Shown here: piece by piece, positions 60,333 to 64,000 of the stretch
How the letters are laid out: each line of letters begins with the position of its first letter
How positions within the stretch are numbered: position 1 is the stretch's first letter
Origin: an uncultured Alphaproteobacteria bacterium
GTDB taxonomy: Bacteria > Pseudomonadota > Alphaproteobacteria > Rs-D84
DNA: 64,000 nucleotides
Reading direction: 5' to 3'
Assembly: GCA_944392815.1 (NCBI GenBank)
Contig: CALXXY010000001.1
Coordinates: 1-64,000, forward strand
Made by a program: the position numbers and the translations under genes
The notes under the pieces: generated by a model
Told to the model about the DNA's origin: nothing
The model's input: only the letters and a program-made list of their open reading frames with translations
The model's database searches: none

Positions 60333-61310
60333 TTAAAATTCGAACCGAATACCAAACATAATATTTGCATAAATGGTATTTTCTGAACTGAACCAATCGC
60401 GATGCAGGGTGTTATCCTCGTTGCTTAATTCCCAGCGAATTCGTGGAATGTATGCAATACGCGCACCAAAATCAAAATACATATTTTCCGTCATGCCGTA
60501 TGACATACCAACCGCAAACAATGCCGCTATGTTGGAATTATTCCGTTCAGAACGATAAAACTGGATTGGATCCAGGGTTTCGGCCTTTTGCCCATAGGGG
60601 TATAAATCGGGACTGAGTGATAAATCACCATATAAATCCGACATGTTTAATATGGTTTTTATATCGGCGTATCCGGCACCGAACCCGATGTATGGGATAA
60701 CTGTGCGCATTGGTTTTTGCACACCGTCAAAGAAATCGTAAAACGCCATGACACTGATGATATCGGTCGTGACACTGGACTGGACAGCACCGCTGGATAT
60801 CAGTGCGATTTGACCGCCCTGCTCGGTTCCCATTAATTCGGCTTCGCCCTCCAGAAACGGCGAGGCGTTATATTCACTTTCCGATATATGGTCCCAACCC
60901 AATTCAATGCGCCACTGGGGGCGGTTCGGGACAGTCCAACCAACACTGGCCCCCGCGGCGAATGTGAATGATTCATAATCCTTGGTCGGGGGTAATTCGC
61001 CAATGTTTACATAGCCCACGGGGGAAAAGTTGTCGTATAACCCCTCGGCCCGGCCCTGTTCATATGCCAATTCAGACAACAGAACTGTGCCATCGCTGTA
61101 ATACAATGGGGTTAATTCGCCAATTTCATTTTTGATAGAACCAAAACCAAACGATGCGCCACCACGCACAGATACGGTAAAACGGCTGCCGTCATCGGTG
61201 TATGCGCCATCGCCCACGTAATAACCAGGATATTCCCAGTTCGCGTGCGCCGCGCCACCCACCAGTGTCGCAAAAGCAGAGATTAATAACAGGTTCCTAC
61301 ACTTCTTCAT
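60333..61310 (-). CDS. Outer membrane beta-barrel protein
   Basis: Signal peptide AHA; WRIEL, PYIGFGAG; C-terminal GIRFEF. Confidence 0.78.
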   Translation of the reverse strand: MKKCRNLLLISAFATLVGGAAHANWEYPGYYVGDGAYTDDGSRFTVSVRGGASFGFGSIKNEIGELTPLYYSDGTVLLSELAYEQGRAEGLYDNFSPVGYVNIGELPPTKDYESFTFAAGASVGWTVPNRPQWRIELGWDHISESEYNASPFLEGEAELMGTEQGGQIALISSGAVQSSVTTDIISVMAFYDFFDGVQKPMRTVIPYIGFGAGYADIKTILNMSDLYGDLSLSPDLYPYGQKAETLDPIQFYRSERNNSNIAALFAVGMSYGMTENMYFDFGARIAYIPRIRWELSNEDNTLHRDWFSSENTIYANIMFGIRFEF

Positions 61311-61379
61311 GCCCATTATTATATCACAAATTTGCCCGCAATAAAAACAGATTTTATCGTTAAAAGTTAATCCCGTGAT

Positions 61380-63149
61380 TTATTTCACTATTTCGTGGAA
61401 AATTGTGGCCGGAATGGTGCCACCTGTGATTTTTGATGACATAGATGTGTTGTCATCGCGGCCGGTCCAAACACCTATGACCAAATCGCGCCATGCACCC
61501 ACGAACCAAGCGTCGCGATTATCATTACTGGTGCCGGTTTTCCCACCCAAAACACCCGGCGCCATTGCCCTGTGGCCGGTGCCACCAACAGCAACCACAT
61601 CGGCCAACAACTGGGTCATGTATTCAACAGTTTGGGGCATTAATACCTGTATAGGGTCAGACGGATTACGTTCATAAATTATGTTGCCGTATGGGTCGGT
61701 GATTTTAGTAATTGAATATGGGCGCACCGATTGACCCGCGTTCCAGATAACTGCGTAAATTGTTGTTAAATCCAACAGCGACATTTCCGACGCACCCAAT
61801 ACTGTCGAATATTCGCGACGCAATTTATTTCCAACACCCAAACGCCCCGCCATGTCCAGCACAGCGTCTATGCCGAATTCCTGGGTTAATTTCAGCGGCA
61901 CAGAATTCACCGATTTTGCAAATGCCGTGGCCAATGTTATATCGCCATAATAGCGTTTGTTATAATTCTGGGGCGAATAATCACCAATGGAAAACGGGGA
62001 ATCATTGACGTACGTGTCCGGTGTCATGCCGTTTTCCAGCGCAACCAAATATACGACCGGTTTAAACGAACTGCCGGGTTGACGCAGTGCCAATGCACGA
62101 TTAAACTGGCTTTCCTGGTAATTAGTTCCACCGACCATGGCACGCACCGCGCCGTCTGTATTCATGGCCACAACCGCCCCCTGATTTTTACCAACCTGGG
62201 GTGGTAAAATATCGGCAATATGTTCCTGTAAATTCATATCCAGCGTGGTATAGACATACAAATCAGATTCAAATGTCCCGATTGTTGATTCCGCTTCGTC
62301 CAAAACAAAGTCCGTCCAATAACGATATATATTCGTATTTGGTGCGGGCGTTGCCGGTGCCAATTCGCGCGCCGCAATGCGCGCCTGGTTCAATGTGATG
62401 TATCCCTGGCGCACCATTTCCTGTAATATAATGCGGGCGCGCGCGATATTTTTATCGGGGTTCGCCAATGGGCTGTATGTGGTTGGGGCCTTTAACATAG
62501 CGGCGATTTGTGCGGCCTGGGCAATTGATAAATCATTCGCAGAACGTTGGAACATAACACGCGCGGCCGCGTCTATGCCCCGCATGCCGCCCACCAACGA
62601 TACGCGATTCATGTATAAATCCAAAACCTGATTTTTAGTAAAACGATTTTCCAACCAATATGATAAAATCAATTCCTGGACTTTGCGGGAAATCTTTTTT
62701 TCACGCGACAGAAAAATATTTTTTGCCGTTTGCTGGGTAATTGATGAACCGCCCGCCGCAATACGACCATGGATTAAATTCGACAGCAGGGCGCGCGTAA
62801 TCCCGCGAATATCAATAGGGCCATGTTCAAAAAATCTTTTATCTTCGATTGCGACAATAGATTGCCATACGTATGGGGGCAAAGTTTCCACCGATACCGG
62901 CGTGCCCATTATACGATTTGACGCACGAATTTCGTTCCCGTTTTTATCCAAAAATATCACGGCCGCCGGACGCGTTTCATGCAAAATTGCGTCCAATGAC
63001 GGCATTTGCAAAAATATCACAACAACATATATCGCAACGCCCGTCAGCGCCAACAAAAACAAATCGACGCACCACACAAATATCCGCAGCCCACGCGACG
63101 TGCGGCGTTCGTTTGTCTGTGTGCGTGATGTATTGCGTTTGTTTTGCAA
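61380..63149 (-). CDS. Class A penicillin-binding protein (transglycosylase/transpeptidase)
   Basis: EDKRFFEH, GGSSITQQTAKN, RKVQE, QPGSSFKP, SVN, KTGT. Confidence 0.92.
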   Translation of the reverse strand: MQNKRNTSRTQTNERRTSRGLRIFVWCVDLFLLALTGVAIYVVVIFLQMPSLDAILHETRPAAVIFLDKNGNEIRASNRIMGTPVSVETLPPYVWQSIVAIEDKRFFEHGPIDIRGITRALLSNLIHGRIAAGGSSITQQTAKNIFLSREKKISRKVQELILSYWLENRFTKNQVLDLYMNRVSLVGGMRGIDAAARVMFQRSANDLSIAQAAQIAAMLKAPTTYSPLANPDKNIARARIILQEMVRQGYITLNQARIAARELAPATPAPNTNIYRYWTDFVLDEAESTIGTFESDLYVYTTLDMNLQEHIADILPPQVGKNQGAVVAMNTDGAVRAMVGGTNYQESQFNRALALRQPGSSFKPVVYLVALENGMTPDTYVNDSPFSIGDYSPQNYNKRYYGDITLATAFAKSVNSVPLKLTQEFGIDAVLDMAGRLGVGNKLRREYSTVLGASEMSLLDLTTIYAVIWNAGQSVRPYSITKITDPYGNIIYERNPSDPIQVLMPQTVEYMTQLLADVVAVGGTGHRAMAPGVLGGKTGTSNDNRDAWFVGAWRDLVIGVWTGRDDNTSMSSKITGGTIPATIFHEIVK

Positions 63150-63225
63150 TTGTTCCCCGTTGTTTCATGGAATTATATCACAAACGACTTGCGTTTTTCC
63201 ATAAATTAAAACTATAATTCGGCAT

Positions 63226-63876
63226 ATGTACAAAACGAAAGGAAAGAATATGAAAAAATTTTTACTGGTCACGTTGTTGTTTTGTATGGGAACGATGCCG
63301 GCGGTGGCTGATAATTACGGGTATAATTCAACGCCACAGCGTGATACCTATGTGGGGTTGCGGTTGCATAAAAATGACAACATAGCGTTCAGGTACGAAC
63401 CAGAAAATGGCGATGGTATTACCCTGCGCGATGGCAGTTTTGGGTTTGGCGCGATGATTGGAAATCGACTGACAGATCATGTAAAAATAGAATTTGAAAC
63501 AGAATACACATATGGTGGGCAATCTAAATATGGCAGCGATTATAATTTTAACGTTTGGGCCAATATGCTGAATGTATATGTGTATCAACAATTTGGTGGC
63601 GCGGTGGAACCGTATGCAGGCCTGGGGGTTGGTGTATCTGGGCTGTGGGGCGAAATTGACGGAAATATAAATGCGTCTGACGCCACGGCTGATATGTCGT
63701 GGTCCATTATGGCCGGCGTGAATTTTGCGTTGAATGACCGCATAGATTTAAATCTGGGGATAAAATACCAAAATTACGGTGATTTGGGAATCAGTGACGA
63801 CAACGGAAACAATGCGTCCATAGAAGTTGACGGCACGGAATTCTATATCAGTGCGGCGTATAAATTCGGATTATAA
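63226..63876 (+). CDS. Outer membrane beta-barrel protein (alternative start at 63250)
   Basis: Signal peptide; EPYAGLGVG, AGVNFAL; terminal YKF. Confidence 0.8.
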   Translation: MYKTKGKNMKKFLLVTLLFCMGTMPAVADNYGYNSTPQRDTYVGLRLHKNDNIAFRYEPENGDGITLRDGSFGFGAMIGNRLTDHVKIEFETEYTYGGQSKYGSDYNFNVWANMLNVYVYQQFGGAVEPYAGLGVGVSGLWGEIDGNINASDATADMSWSIMAGVNFALNDRIDLNLGIKYQNYGDLGISDDNGNNASIEVDGTEFYISAAYKFGL

Positions 63877-63902
63877 AAATCAACGGGGCGCGGCCCCGTT
63901 TT

Positions 63903-64000
63903 TTATTTATCGTTTTGTGTAATCGGTAATTTGGCCGTGCCCAACAATTGTTGAAAATGTATCGCGGCCAATGCGTCTGAATCCAGCCAATCGGTTATGT
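63903..64000 (-). CDS. Probable 3' end of a gene running off the window (frame uncertain)
   Basis: Two minus-strand frames are open from the window edge to stops at 63903 and 63907, next to a bidirectional terminator. Confidence 0.35.
   Translation of the reverse strand, partial: ITDWLDSDALAAIHFQQLLGTAKLPITQNDK

Overview
A gene-dense chromosomal window (standard genetic code) from a small-genome alphaproteobacterium. It resembles the uncultured gut-associated Rs-D84/'Ca. Enterousia' lineage, which is an inference from gene content and protein style. Most of it is housekeeping: rpoZ, mtaB, dacA, holB, tatD, smpB, xerC, trpS, rpsD, hup, alaS, rlpA, murJ, bamD, rnj, tdk, htpX, lysS, tgt, queA, era, dcd, prmC, ftsH, tilS, groES/EL, secG, rnc, lepB, comM and a class A PBP, plus tRNA-Ser(GGA), tRNA-Arg(ACG) and tRNA-Gly(GCC). 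There are two accessory islets at tRNA 3' ends: an HNH nuclease, ABC-F remnant and 40-aa-repeat LRR protein beside tRNA-Ser, and a structured RNA, PD-(D/E)xK nuclease and membrane-anchored Mrr nuclease beside tRNA-Arg. The most notable observations are: (1) a promoter-ncRNA-terminator-nuclease cassette; (2) five co-oriented modular intergenic repeats with a TAGAGTG heptamer array docked directly after hairpins; (3) a shared C-terminal [Q/R/K]-[Q/T/N]-R end on unrelated accessory proteins, a candidate secretion signal; (4) a Lys-codon leader-peptide attenuator upstream of a class II lysS, followed by a divergent RelA/SpoT-like gene; (5) many genes with leaderless architecture, including a 21-bp bidirectional promoter; (6) tRNA-Gly with A73 and an AlaRS lacking C-Ala. 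No CRISPR array, rRNA, transposase or phage structural gene was seen. All protein family calls rest on motif recognition by eye, with no database searches.
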